A stretch of 64,000 bases of DNA from an uncultured Gammaproteobacteria bacterium (GTDB lineage: Bacteria; Patescibacteriota; Patescibacteriia; S139-126): assembly GCA_964493305.1 (NCBI GenBank), contig CAZBLW010000001.1, positions 113,484 through 177,483 on the forward strand, written 5' to 3'. The notes beneath the pieces are model-generated. The model did no database searches. It saw nothing but the letters and a program-made list of their open reading frames with translations, and had not been told where the DNA came from. Shown piece after piece: positions 52,219 to 61,633 of the stretch. How positions within the stretch are numbered: position 1 is the first letter of the stretch; each line of letters opens with the position of its first letter. Both the position numbers and the translations under genes were made by a program.

Positions 52219-53701
52219 AAGATGGAATTTAGATAGTGAAAAAGCCAGTCAAATAAAAAATTGGCTAATTGAGCATGGGGGCACGGCAGACGAAAAAGTT
52301 GGCGAGTATGAAAATTGGCGAGTTAGATATTCTGATGCTGTTTTTACTTACTATACAAAAGGGACTCTTTATGTCACTGACTCTAATGATGGTGCCCTTA
52401 ACGAAGCACACGAATTGGTAGATTCACTTGTCGGATCAAAATTTGTTGAACCTTCAAAAGAAGTTTTAATAGGTTTTGATGAAACAGGTAAAGGTGAGGT
52501 ACTCGGCCATGTGGTATTGGTTGGCGTATTAATTCCTGCTAATCTATATCATGAAATTGAGAAGGTAATAGGTGTCGCGGATACAAAAGTGAGCCATACT
52601 GTGGAGTATTGGGATGATATATTTAACAAAATAGATTTTTTTAGGTCAAAAGGCCTTCAATTTATTATTGAAAAAATTCCCCCATGGCATTTTGATCGTT
52701 ACAATATCAATAAGCTACTAGATATTACTTATCAACGAATTTTGCTGTCATATAGTACAAAATCTAACTTGTCAAAGACTAGGGTTGTTTTTGATGATTA
52801 CGGAATAGGATATAGTCTTAAGAGATATTTAAATGCTATATCTCAGGGAGGAGCAGAGATTATTAAAACAACAAAAGCGGATGATAAATATCTCGAATCA
52901 AGAGTAGCTTCGCTTATTGCAAAACGAGAGCAACAAAAAATAATGGCCGCTATATCCAGTAATCCAGAATTTAAAATAGAAACTCAAAGTATTGGTAGTG
53001 GTAATGCTGGTGACAAAAATACTGTTGGTTGGCTAAAATCCTGGTATGAGACTAATCATGATTGGCCGTGGTTTGTGAAACAATCATTTAAAACAATTGG
53101 AGATATAGAAGGACGTGTAAATAAAATACAAAAGGCCATACCTCCTATCAATGAACACTTATTATCAAAAGAATTCAGGGAAAAATTTGAAAGTGGTGAA
53201 TTAAACATACAATCTTTATCGGTTGTTTGCCCTTGCGGCGCAACTGCAAAAGCAATTAAATTAATTTATAAGGATAAAATTGTTACGGCTATCTGTGCAA
53301 GTTGTAAGAATAAATTACAAGACGCCGCACTGACTTTACGATATTATTGTGGACGCATTATTCCTGATACAAGTGTGATTTCAAGCGGTTTATTATCAAT
53401 GGATTTAGATTCCTCAAAATTTTTTGAAAACTTTACTTTTTTAATACATCCAACAGTTCGGCGTGAAAGTGATACCAAGGGGGGTAAAAGAGAATTTGAG
53501 CGTCTTGCTAATTTTGCGGCCATTGGGAGGATTAAATTGGAAGAGACGGGGTCAATTCTGGATCCAAAAAAATTGGATAACATATCACGTGACGAGTCAA
53601 TACTTATTGGTGCTATTGATTCTAAAGCTATTTTATTGACTAGGGATAATCAAATGAAAGGTATAGCTCAAGCAAAAAACCTTTTTGTAATAGAAGGCTA
53701 A
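52199..53701 (+). CDS. Multidomain protein with an RNase HII-like nuclease core and a C-terminal zinc ribbon
   Basis: Residues ~85-210: IGFDETGKGEVLGHVVLVGV (cf. RNase HII G-x-D-E-x-G-R-G-P-x-x-G-x-V-V), ADTKVS (cf. DSKKLS), VVFDDYG (cf. LIDGN). Later CPCG...CASC. Confidence 0.45.
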   Translation: MKLISNRRWNLDSEKASQIKNWLIEHGGTADEKVGEYENWRVRYSDAVFTYYTKGTLYVTDSNDGALNEAHELVDSLVGSKFVEPSKEVLIGFDETGKGEVLGHVVLVGVLIPANLYHEIEKVIGVADTKVSHTVEYWDDIFNKIDFFRSKGLQFIIEKIPPWHFDRYNINKLLDITYQRILLSYSTKSNLSKTRVVFDDYGIGYSLKRYLNAISQGGAEIIKTTKADDKYLESRVASLIAKREQQKIMAAISSNPEFKIETQSIGSGNAGDKNTVGWLKSWYETNHDWPWFVKQSFKTIGDIEGRVNKIQKAIPPINEHLLSKEFREKFESGELNIQSLSVVCPCGATAKAIKLIYKDKIVTAICASCKNKLQDAALTLRYYCGRIIPDTSVISSGLLSMDLDSSKFFENFTFLIHPTVRRESDTKGGKREFERLANFAAIGRIKLEETGSILDPKKLDNISRDESILIGAIDSKAILLTRDNQMKGIAQAKNLFVIEG

Positions 53702-53868
53702 TTATAAATGTGACAAACGACTGTAACTTTATAATTGATTATAGTGTCACTTTTGTCACCTTTTAAATATTAGGCGCACGAGGATCTTGCTGTATGATAT
53801 AATAAAAGTACTTTGGAAAGCCTTACAGGGGTTGCCTGATTGAGGTTCCAGCCCGAGGTAGCCCGCCA

Positions 53869-53904
53869 TTACTAAAGTTGTGACGTAAGTCACAAGTTTA
53901 GTAA
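53869..53904. other. Near-perfect 16-bp stem hairpin (ttactaaagttgtgac-gtaa-gtcacaagtttagtaa)
   Basis: Inverted repeat read directly from the sequence, just inside the right end of the island. Confidence 0.7.
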
Positions 53905-53927
53905 TAGTGAATGCGGAAGTTGGGATT

Positions 53928-54017
53928 CGAACGGGTGCGAGCGAGATATGAGCGTCAGCGAATAATCGAGCGACAGACAATCCGAGTTGGCACAGGATTG
54001 GCTGGCACCCAGGACAA
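53928..54017 (-). repeat. Conserved ~90-nt core element, copy B (reverse complement of 261-350)
   Basis: 84/90 nt identical to copy A. Bracketed by GGGATTCGAAC (antisense of the tRNA-Ser T-arm) at 53922-53932 and by the sense 19-nt tRNA-Ser 3' fragment at 54038-54056. Confidence 0.8.
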
Positions 54018-54037
54018 GGAGCTAAAAGTTCCGCGTA

Positions 54038-54056
54038 AATCCCTCCCTCTCCGCCA
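54038..54056 (+). repeat. 19-nt direct repeat of the tRNA-Ser 3' end (attR-like) with ~45 nt of tRNA-flank-like sequence after it
   Basis: aatccctccctctccgcca is identical to the last 19 nt of both tRNA-Ser genes. The following ttaaacttcgctaacg...ttaattttttatacatatatttaa is ~80% identical to the 54328-54375 flank. Confidence 0.8.
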
Positions 54057-54140
54057 TTAAACTTCGCTAACGATTCGTTTAATTTTTTATACATATATTT
54101 AATTCAATATTCCAGATTCTTAATTCTATATTCCAATCAC

Positions 54141-54229
<89 letters not shown>

Positions 54230-54315
54230 CCAACTTCGCGCCTGTCGGCGCTTCGCTGGATAGGCGAGAAATTAGATAGTTGATATTGAGTTAAGCGGAG
54301 CAAAGCGGAGTTTAA

Positions 54316-54327
54316 CCCTCTCCGCCA
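54316..54327 (+). repeat. Third partial copy (12 nt) of the tRNA-Ser 3' end plus a flank copy
   Basis: ccctctccgcca followed by tccaacttagctaacgctttacttaattttttatacatacatttaaac. Confidence 0.7.
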
Positions 54328-54389
54328 TCCAACTTAGCTAACGCTTTACTTAATTTTTTATACATACATTTAAACAAATAATTTTTTTA

Positions 54390-55202
54390 ATGTCTGAAGA
54401 CAATTATATAATTTCTGTAGCCAACTTAACTAAAAAATTTACCAAGTTTTTGGCAGTTGATAATATAAGTTTTCAAGTTAAAATAGGAGAAGTCTTTGCT
54501 TTTTTGGGTCCCAATGGTGCTGGTAAAACAACGACAATAAAAATCTTAACCACTTTACTTAATCCTACTAGTGGGAAAATCAACATCGCCAGTTTCAATC
54601 CCAGTAATGAAGCCAATCAAGTTAGACATAATTTTGGTATTGTTTTTCAAGATCAAAGTTTAGATGATGAACTTACCGCTTATGAAAATATGGAGATTCA
54701 TGGAGTCTTATACGGTTTGGCTAAAAAAGTACGTCGTCAACGCATTGAAGAAATGTTGAATTTTGTCGAATTGTGGGAACGACGCGATGATTTAGTGAAA
54801 AATTTTTCTGGTGGGATGCGTAGGCGTTTGGAAGTTGCTCGTGGTTTATTACATCATCCCAAAATATTGTTTTTGGACGAACCAACCATTGGTCTTGATC
54901 CTCAGACTCGGAATCATATTTGGCAATATATCAAAAAGTTAAGTCAAGAAGAAAAGATGACAATTTTTTTTACTACTCACTATATTGAAGAAGCAGATAA
55001 GGTGGCTGATACAGTAGCAGTTATTGATCATGGCAAAATTATTGTTCAAGATTCACCTTCCAATTTGAAACAACAAACTAGCAGTTCAACTTTGGAAGAA
55101 GTTTTTCTAAAATTAACCGGCACTTCTATCCGAGAAGAAGCAGCCAGTAGCATGATGGATTTTAGACATCACGCTAGACTCTGGCAGGGGAGACGACACT
55201 AA
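54390..55202 (+). CDS. ABC transporter ATP-binding protein
   Basis: Walker A GPNGAGKTT, ABC signature FSGGMRRRL, Walker B ILFLDEPT. Confidence 0.85.
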   Translation: MSEDNYIISVANLTKKFTKFLAVDNISFQVKIGEVFAFLGPNGAGKTTTIKILTTLLNPTSGKINIASFNPSNEANQVRHNFGIVFQDQSLDDELTAYENMEIHGVLYGLAKKVRRQRIEEMLNFVELWERRDDLVKNFSGGMRRRLEVARGLLHHPKILFLDEPTIGLDPQTRNHIWQYIKKLSQEEKMTIFFTTHYIEEADKVADTVAVIDHGKIIVQDSPSNLKQQTSSSTLEEVFLKLTGTSIREEAASSMMDFRHHARLWQGRRH

Positions 55203-55948
55203 TGAAAATTATCGGCATACTTTGGTTAAGACAAATCAAACGTTACTTGCGTTCTCGAACCAGGATTATTGGTTCGTTAGGACAACCTCTGCTTTTTTTG
55301 GTAGCTTTTGGCTTTGGTTTTGGTCCGATTTTTCAACGTGCTGGTGGCGGAAATTATATGGATTTTTTAGCACCCGGTGTTATTACTATGGGTATTTTAT
55401 TTACCGCTATTTTTACAGGTATTGAAGTGATTTGGGATAAACAATTTGGTTTCCTAAAAGAAACTTTGGTGGCCCCAGTATCTCGCATCGATATTATGAT
55501 TGGTCGTACTTTAGGTGGAGCAACAGTAGCAACCATGCAAGGTATTATAATATTTTTTATGACGTTACTTATTGGTTTTAGACCTCAGTCGTGGTTATTT
55601 TTACCACTGGCAATTTTTATAATGTTCCTAACTGCTTGGTGTTTTACTGCCTTAGGAACAGCCTTAGCTTCAGTTATGGCAGATATGCAGGGTTTTCAGT
55701 TAATTATGAATTTTATTGTTATGCCGACTTTCTTTTTGTCAGGTGCTTTGTTTCCTTTAAATGATTTGCCAAATGCCTTGCGTTTAGTAACAATTGCCAA
55801 TCCCTTGGCTTATGGGGTAGATGGTTTGCGAGGAACTCTAACCAGCATTCATCATCTTGGTTTAAGTTTAGATTTGGCTATTTTATCTGCTGTTACTATA
55901 ATATTTACCACGGTGGGTGCGTATTTGTTTTCTCGCATTAAAATTTAA
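55202..55948 (+). CDS. ABC-2 type transporter permease
   Basis: 248 aa, 6 TM helices; translationally coupled to the upstream ATPase (ATGA overlap). Confidence 0.75.
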   Translation: MKIIGILWLRQIKRYLRSRTRIIGSLGQPLLFLVAFGFGFGPIFQRAGGGNYMDFLAPGVITMGILFTAIFTGIEVIWDKQFGFLKETLVAPVSRIDIMIGRTLGGATVATMQGIIIFFMTLLIGFRPQSWLFLPLAIFIMFLTAWCFTALGTALASVMADMQGFQLIMNFIVMPTFFLSGALFPLNDLPNALRLVTIANPLAYGVDGLRGTLTSIHHLGLSLDLAILSAVTIIFTTVGAYLFSRIKI

Positions 55949-55992
55949 TGAGTTAATAATTTATTATTAAATTATAACCTAATATTGTTCGT

Positions 55993-56214
55993 ATGTTTTT
56001 TCGGAAAAAAAATTTATTACAATATTTTATAAAAAATATTATTATCGTGGTCGGGATTGTTTTGATTTGGCGTGGTATTTGGTACACTTTAGACTATATT
56101 GATAAGGTATTTTTTGGCGGTGGTCACATCTGGACTGCGGTAGGAGGAATTTTAGTGGGTTTATTGTTTTTGTATTTACCCGACAGAGATTTAAAAGAAA
56201 TTGAAAAGTTATAA
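55993..56214 (+). CDS. Small membrane protein
   Basis: 73 aa, two TM helices. Confidence 0.35.
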   Translation: MFFRKKNLLQYFIKNIIIVVGIVLIWRGIWYTLDYIDKVFFGGGHIWTAVGGILVGLLFLYLPDRDLKEIEKL

Positions 56215-56217
56215 TTT

Positions 56218-56889
56218 ATGAATAAAAAATATATCATCCTCATTTTAGTTTTATTTTTAATTATTTTAGGTGTCTGGTTTGTATTTTTTAAAGATAAAAA
56301 CGAGACCAATCTAAACTTAAATGAAGATATACCTCAAAATAAAATAACTAAACTTGATGATATCAAAAATCCTCAGCTGGTCTTTGAATTGGATTTGAGT
56401 AGTCAAAAGATCAATTCACTACCGGAAAAAGTTTTGTCCTTAACTTATTTGAAAAAATTGAACCTAGCAGATAATCAGATTAAGTCACTGCCAGCAGAAA
56501 TAAATCGTCTGACCAATTTGGAAGAGTTTAATATTGAAAACAATCAATTAACCGGCGCTCTGCCGGCGGAAATTGGTGCTTGGAAAAAGTTAAAAGTTTT
56601 AGACGCTAGTGGCAATAATCTAACTGCTCTGCCGGCGGAAGTTGGTAAATTGGCTGGACTAGCTACTTTGGATTACAATAACAATAGTTTAACTTCATTG
56701 CCTCAAGAAATAGAAAATTTGACCAATCTCAAATATTTATTTTTATCCAATAATCAGTTTACCAAAGTGCCGGAGCAATTGGTAAAAATGACCAATCTCA
56801 AAACTCTCAATTTAACCGGCAATCTCATAAGTCAATCTGAATTGGATAATTTACAAGCCCAGCTTCCTAATACCAATATTATTTACTAA
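56218..56889 (+). CDS. Leucine-rich repeat protein with N-terminal membrane anchor
   Basis: Repeated LxxLxLxxNxLxxLPxEI units (about 7 repeats) after an N-terminal TM helix. Confidence 0.7.
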   Translation: MNKKYIILILVLFLIILGVWFVFFKDKNETNLNLNEDIPQNKITKLDDIKNPQLVFELDLSSQKINSLPEKVLSLTYLKKLNLADNQIKSLPAEINRLTNLEEFNIENNQLTGALPAEIGAWKKLKVLDASGNNLTALPAEVGKLAGLATLDYNNNSLTSLPQEIENLTNLKYLFLSNNQFTKVPEQLVKMTNLKTLNLTGNLISQSELDNLQAQLPNTNIIY

Positions 56890-56999
56890 TTTATTTTATT
56901 CTATCAGAAGATCAATCCCAATCAGGGTTGACTTTTTTATTGTTTAGTATTAAAAATAAAAATTAATCTACCTTAAAAAAATAAAAAACGGAGGAAGTT

Positions 57000-57533
57000 A
57001 TGTCCAAGTTAAGTAATCAGGAGGCCATATTGATTGATCCCAAAAACATTTTGTCAAAATTAAATCAGCTGATTGTAGCGCAGGGGCAGGATAAACTGCC
57101 AGAAGTAAAAAAAGTATTATGTTACAATCCTAAAGTTTATGATTTTTCCGAAGAGCTCTTACAAGAAATTTGTGATCGTTATTGGCAAATTATTGATTTG
57201 GGTCAATTACCGACCATAAAAAATTATTTACGTGACCGTACCGAGGTCAATATTGTCATCAGTACCTGTCCCAACCATATTCAAATCGCCAAACACCAAG
57301 ATAAGCGCATTAGTACTTGCGTACATTATATCTCATTTCGTTACCATGGTATTTATTGGTACAAACCAAAATACAACATAGCCGTGTTGTTACCTAAAAC
57401 CAAAAGTGATTTAGCAGTTATGCTAAAAACCAAAAGCACTTATCTAACAGATATTCTGGCTGATGGTCTAAGCTTGCTCAATTGGGAGCAAGAAAATTTT
57501 ACTGACAATATAATTTCAGCGTTTGCTTTATAA
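57000..57533 (+). CDS. Hypothetical protein
   Basis: 177 aa; SD ggagg upstream; no motifs recognised. Confidence 0.4.
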   Translation: MSKLSNQEAILIDPKNILSKLNQLIVAQGQDKLPEVKKVLCYNPKVYDFSEELLQEICDRYWQIIDLGQLPTIKNYLRDRTEVNIVISTCPNHIQIAKHQDKRISTCVHYISFRYHGIYWYKPKYNIAVLLPKTKSDLAVMLKTKSTYLTDILADGLSLLNWEQENFTDNIISAFAL

Positions 57534-57575
57534 ACAAAAGACGGATTTTTTCCGTCTTTTTTATAATATGTTAAA

Positions 57576-58361
57576 ATGATATTTATGGACATAACTTTAG
57601 TAATCTCTGCTTTTATTGCTGGGATTTTAACTTTTTTGGCTCCCTGCACCTTACCCTTAGTGCCAGGTTATTTGGGTTTTATTAGCGGAGTATCGGTCAA
57701 GCAGTTAAATGATAAAGAATTATTGAACCGCGCTCGAAGAAAAATTTTTTTAAATGGAGTGTTTTATGTTGTTGGTTTTAGTTCGGTTTTTATTTTACTG
57801 GGGTTATTGTTTGGTTTAGGTGGAGTCGGTTTGATTAAATATAGATTAATACTAAGTCGCGTCGGAGGAGTGGTGATAATTATCTTTGGTCTTTATATGT
57901 TACTGTCTGAAATTGGAAAATTCAATTGGTTAAAATTTAATTTTTTAAATAGCACCTGGCACTTTCCAGTAACAAAATATTTACAACCAGGCCGACCTTT
58001 TAGTTCTATGCTTTTTGGTATGGTGTTTGCCTTTGGTTGGACGCCTTGTATCGGGCCAGTTTTAGGAACAGTATTATTGTTAGCTTCGCAATCAGCCACA
58101 ATTATTTCCGGTGGAGTGTTGTTGGCTATTTTTTCTCTCGGTCATGCTGTACCCTTTCTGTTGGTAGCGGCTGGTGTGGGTAGTGGTTTTTATGCTTTAC
58201 GGGATAAACAACTGTTTTTTAAAGTCGTTGGTATTGTGGGAGGAATATTTTTGATTATTATTGGTTTGCTGTTGCTAACCGATGGGCTGGGAACTTGGGT
58301 GACTTATTTTTACAAAATTTTTAGTTTTATTAATTACGAAAATTTACTTAATTATTTATAA
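57576..58361 (+). CDS. ccdA: Cytochrome c-type biogenesis / thiol-disulfide transporter CcdA (DsbD core) family membrane protein
   Basis: 261 aa; conserved Cys in TM1 (LAPCTLP) and TM4 (WTPCIGP), 6 TM helices. Confidence 0.7.
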   Translation: MIFMDITLVISAFIAGILTFLAPCTLPLVPGYLGFISGVSVKQLNDKELLNRARRKIFLNGVFYVVGFSSVFILLGLLFGLGGVGLIKYRLILSRVGGVVIIIFGLYMLLSEIGKFNWLKFNFLNSTWHFPVTKYLQPGRPFSSMLFGMVFAFGWTPCIGPVLGTVLLLASQSATIISGGVLLAIFSLGHAVPFLLVAAGVGSGFYALRDKQLFFKVVGIVGGIFLIIIGLLLLTDGLGTWVTYFYKIFSFINYENLLNYL

Positions 58362-58364
58362 TTT

Positions 58365-59669
58365 ATGATTAAAAAGTATATTGTTATTTTGTCAATTTTG
58401 CTTGTACTATTTTTAATTTTTTTAGGTTGGCGGCAATTAAGAAACTTTGTACCTTTTCTTTTTTCACCCCAAAATAATATTGTCCGATTGCTTGATGATG
58501 CAGATAAATTGACCAAGGAAGTTGATGATTATAATGATTTAATCCAAGAACAACTCAATGATAATAAGGAGATTGTTATCCCGCAATCAACAAAATATTA
58601 TCAACAAGGCCCTTTGACTTTACCAGAAGGTTTTTCAATTACTGTGTTTGCAGAAAATTTAGGCAGTCCTCGGGTAATTGTTCACGCACCCAATGGCGGT
58701 TTTTTGGTCAGTATTCCCAATCAAGGCAAGGTTGTAAAAATAAGAGATACCAATGGTGACGGTAAAGCCGACGAAACAAAAACTGTAATCAATAATTTAA
58801 ATAAACCCCATGGTTTATTGGTTAAATGTTATAGTGAAGACAGTTGCCAATTGTATGTAGCGGAAACTAATCAAGTGTCTTTGTTTAATTATGATTTTAC
58901 TAATGATCAAGCAGTCAATAAAAAGAAAATTATTGATTTACCAGATGGTGGCGGTCACTGGACAAGAACAATTATAGAAACACCGCTTGATGGTCAGGAA
59001 AAAACAGAACTTTTAATTGCTGTCGGTTCAACCTGCAATGTTTGCAATGAAGATGATTGGCGTCGGGCTAAAGTATTAATTGCTGATTTAGATGGGAGTA
59101 ATTTACGTGAGTACACTACTGGTTTACGCAATGCTCCATTTATGACAATTCATCCGGTTACTGGCAAGATTTGGGTAACCGAGATGGGGAGAGATTGGTT
59201 GGGAGATGACTTGCCACCTGATGAAATAAATATTTTACAATCAGGTAAAGACTACGGTTGGCCAATTTGTTACGGTCAGAATATACATGATAATGATTTT
59301 GATAAAAACCAATATATTCAAGACCCCTGCCGTGATAAAGTCCCTGCTTATATTGATATCCCTGCCCATTCGGCTCCTTTGGGACTAGCTTTTATTCCCG
59401 AGGAAGGATGGCCTGAAGACATGTGGTATGATTTGTTAGTGGCTTATCATGGTTCTTGGAACAGATCAAAACCAACTGGATATAAGATTGTACGTTATCG
59501 ACTTGATGCTCAAGGAAATTATCAAAGTGAGGAAGATTTTATTGGTGGTTGGTTGAATAATAATGAGGTTTTAGGTAGACCAGTTGATATTCTAATCCAG
59601 CCTGGTGGTGAGATGTATCTTACCGATGATAAAGCCGGTGTGGTTTATCGCGTAACTTATCAACCGTAA
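58365..59669 (+). CDS. PQQ-dependent sugar (glucose/sorbosone) dehydrogenase-like beta-propeller protein with N-terminal TM
   Basis: 434 aa; PLGLAFIPEEGWPED...AYHGSWNRS pattern typical of the GdhB/sorbosone dehydrogenase family. Confidence 0.5.
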   Translation: MIKKYIVILSILLVLFLIFLGWRQLRNFVPFLFSPQNNIVRLLDDADKLTKEVDDYNDLIQEQLNDNKEIVIPQSTKYYQQGPLTLPEGFSITVFAENLGSPRVIVHAPNGGFLVSIPNQGKVVKIRDTNGDGKADETKTVINNLNKPHGLLVKCYSEDSCQLYVAETNQVSLFNYDFTNDQAVNKKKIIDLPDGGGHWTRTIIETPLDGQEKTELLIAVGSTCNVCNEDDWRRAKVLIADLDGSNLREYTTGLRNAPFMTIHPVTGKIWVTEMGRDWLGDDLPPDEINILQSGKDYGWPICYGQNIHDNDFDKNQYIQDPCRDKVPAYIDIPAHSAPLGLAFIPEEGWPEDMWYDLLVAYHGSWNRSKPTGYKIVRYRLDAQGNYQSEEDFIGGWLNNNEVLGRPVDILIQPGGEMYLTDDKAGVVYRVTYQP

Positions 59670-59689
59670 TTATTTTTTATCCTAAACCC

Positions 59690-60547
59690 ATGCCCGAACT
59701 TCCTGAGGTAGAAACAATTCGACGTGACTTAGTTAAACAAGTTATCAGTAAAAAAATAAAAAAAGTCACCATAAATAAATCAAGATTAGTAAAAAATCCT
59801 GACAGTTTTTTTATAAAAAATTTGCAAGGAAATTCAATTATTAAAATTGAACGAGTAGGTAAGTTGTTGATTTTTGTGTTGAAAAATAAATTGTATTTAT
59901 TGGTTCATCTTAAAATGACCGGTCAGTTGATTTATATTAAAAAAAACAATAAAACCATTGGCGGGCACAGTTACACGTCAGATAAAATGGATTATCCCAA
60001 TCAATATACTTATATTGTTATAGAATTTGTTGATAAAAGTAGTTTATATTTTAACGATATACGCACTTTTGGTTATATGCAGATAGTCAATGCAAAAGAA
60101 TTAGAATTAATCAAAGAAAGATTTGGCATTGAACCTTTGACTAAAAATTTTACTATTTCCCAATGGGAAAAATTATTTAAAAATAGAAAAACCAATCTTA
60201 AGGCATTATTGCTCAATCAGCAGTTAATAGCTGGCATTGGCAACATTTATGCTGATGAAATTTGTTTTGCTGCTAGAATTCGTCCGACGCGAACAGTAAA
60301 TAAATTGACCCATCAGGAAATTAGAGAGTTATTTAAGCAAACTAAAAAAGTTATTCGTCAAGCCATAGCTAAACGAGGTACCACTTTCAATAATTATGTA
60401 GATACTTTTGGCCGGACAGGAAATTTTGTTAAACATTTGCATGTCTATGGTAGAGCTAAGGCTAAGTGTAAAATTTGTAAAACAGCTATCAAGAAAATAA
60501 AATTAGCTGGACGGGGGACGCATTTTTGTCCCCATTGCCAAAAATAG
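59690..60547 (+). CDS. mutM: Formamidopyrimidine-DNA glycosylase
   Basis: MPELPEVETIRR N-terminus (catalytic Pro2/Glu3); C-terminal zinc finger CxxC...CxxC. Confidence 0.9.
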   Translation: MPELPEVETIRRDLVKQVISKKIKKVTINKSRLVKNPDSFFIKNLQGNSIIKIERVGKLLIFVLKNKLYLLVHLKMTGQLIYIKKNNKTIGGHSYTSDKMDYPNQYTYIVIEFVDKSSLYFNDIRTFGYMQIVNAKELELIKERFGIEPLTKNFTISQWEKLFKNRKTNLKALLLNQQLIAGIGNIYADEICFAARIRPTRTVNKLTHQEIRELFKQTKKVIRQAIAKRGTTFNNYVDTFGRTGNFVKHLHVYGRAKAKCKICKTAIKKIKLAGRGTHFCPHCQK

Positions 60548-60654
60548 AATAAAGAATTAAGAATTAAGTATTAGGGTTGATAAAAAGTCAGATTAATTTA
60601 TAATAAAAATACTTAATACTTTATTCTTAAATCTTAAATCTTAATCTAATATAT

Positions 60655-61233
60655 ATGCATACATTACCAGAACTTTCTTATAAATATGATGCTTTGGAAC
60701 CGTATATTGATAAAACTACCATGGAGATACATCACACCAAACATCATCAAGCTTATATTGATAAGCTGAATGCTACTTTGGAAAAATATCCCAATCTTTT
60801 AAATAAACCTTTAGCTGAACTTTTGCAAGAGTTAACCAGTTTACCAATTGATGAAGCAGATAAAACAGCTATTAGGAATCACGGCGGTGGACACGCTAAT
60901 CACAGTTTGTTTTGGGAAATTATGTCACCGGAAAAATCAGTAGATGAAAAATTGCTTAAAGAAATAAGCAATACTTTTGGATCACTTGATGAGTTTAAAG
61001 AAAAATTTAGTCAAAGTGCAATTACTCGTTTTGGTAGTGGTTGGGCTTGGTTAGTAAGAAATAACGCTGGTCAACTAGAGGTTTATTCTACAGCCAATCA
61101 AGATTCACCCTATTTGCAAGGACATACGCCAATTATTGGACTTGACGTTTGGGAACATGCTTATTATTTAAAATATCAAAACCGACGACCAGAATATATA
61201 ACAAATTGGTGGCAGGTTCTAAAATTAATCTAA
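60655..61233 (+). CDS. sodA: Fe/Mn superoxide dismutase
   Basis: 192 aa; HHTKHHQAY and DVWEHAYY metal-ligand motifs. Confidence 0.9.
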   Translation: MHTLPELSYKYDALEPYIDKTTMEIHHTKHHQAYIDKLNATLEKYPNLLNKPLAELLQELTSLPIDEADKTAIRNHGGGHANHSLFWEIMSPEKSVDEKLLKEISNTFGSLDEFKEKFSQSAITRFGSGWAWLVRNNAGQLEVYSTANQDSPYLQGHTPIIGLDVWEHAYYLKYQNRRPEYITNWWQVLKLI

Positions 61234-61249
61234 ACATTTTGAAAAATAA

Positions 61250-61275
61250 AAGTCCCGAAAATTTCGGGACTTTTG
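61250..61275 (+). terminator. Rho-independent terminator after sodA
   Basis: agtcccgaaa-at-ttcgggact + T-rich. Confidence 0.6.
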
Positions 61276-61633
61276 GTTAGTATAAAATTTCAACAACCAT
61301 TGGGTTGATTAGAAAATAAAAAATTAAAAATACTAAAGTTATGATTATGACAATGCTGAAAAAATTTATCAGTATAATTTTACCTCGGGGCATTATTCTA
61401 GTTTTGTGCAATTGATATTGTAGTTCATAAAACCATAATTGTAATTTATTAATTTTTATTTTAGGTTTCATTTTTCCTCCTAGATATTATGTTAAAGAAA
61501 TTTGATTTATAATAAATAATTACAGTTAGTTTGTCAAAAAATTATTTATGTGGACTAACTGTTTAGAATTCACTCTAGACCAAAAACGATATTATAAGCT
61601 AAGATTACCAATGAATAACCTATAAAAACCATC

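Larger units (their letters stand above)
36514..54056. mobile_element. ~17.5 kb integrated accessory element downstream of tRNA-Ser(GGA). Composite of a type I R-M / defence module and a satellite- or prophage-like module.
   Basis: Begins immediately 3' of tRNA-Ser(GGA). Closed by a 19-nt direct repeat of the tRNA 3' end (aatccctccctctccgcca, 54038-54056). Contains recombinase, terminase, repressor and an MTase; GC visibly higher in the 44.1-50.5 kb part. Confidence 0.6.

Noticed and set aside
53922-53935. GGGATTCGAACGGG resembling a tRNA T-arm, which could indicate an additional tRNA or tmRNA gene
   Set aside because: No acceptor stem, D-arm or anticodon arm can be formed around it. It is the antisense T-arm-like edge of the conserved core element.
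53756-54094. 112-aa minus-strand ORF spanning the conserved core and the tRNA-Ser fragment; an in-frame reading of copy A gives a similar peptide (CPGCQPIL..LGLSVARLFADAHISLAPVR)
   Set aside because: The reading frame runs through tRNA-derived att fragments and has no start codon in copy A. The peptide similarity simply follows from the nucleotide identity, and two synonymous differences are too few to infer coding selection. Treated as non-coding.
61277-61471. 64-aa hydrophobic minus-strand ORF between sodA and dnaG
   Set aside because: No SD or conservation cues; it could be a real small membrane protein but the evidence is insufficient.
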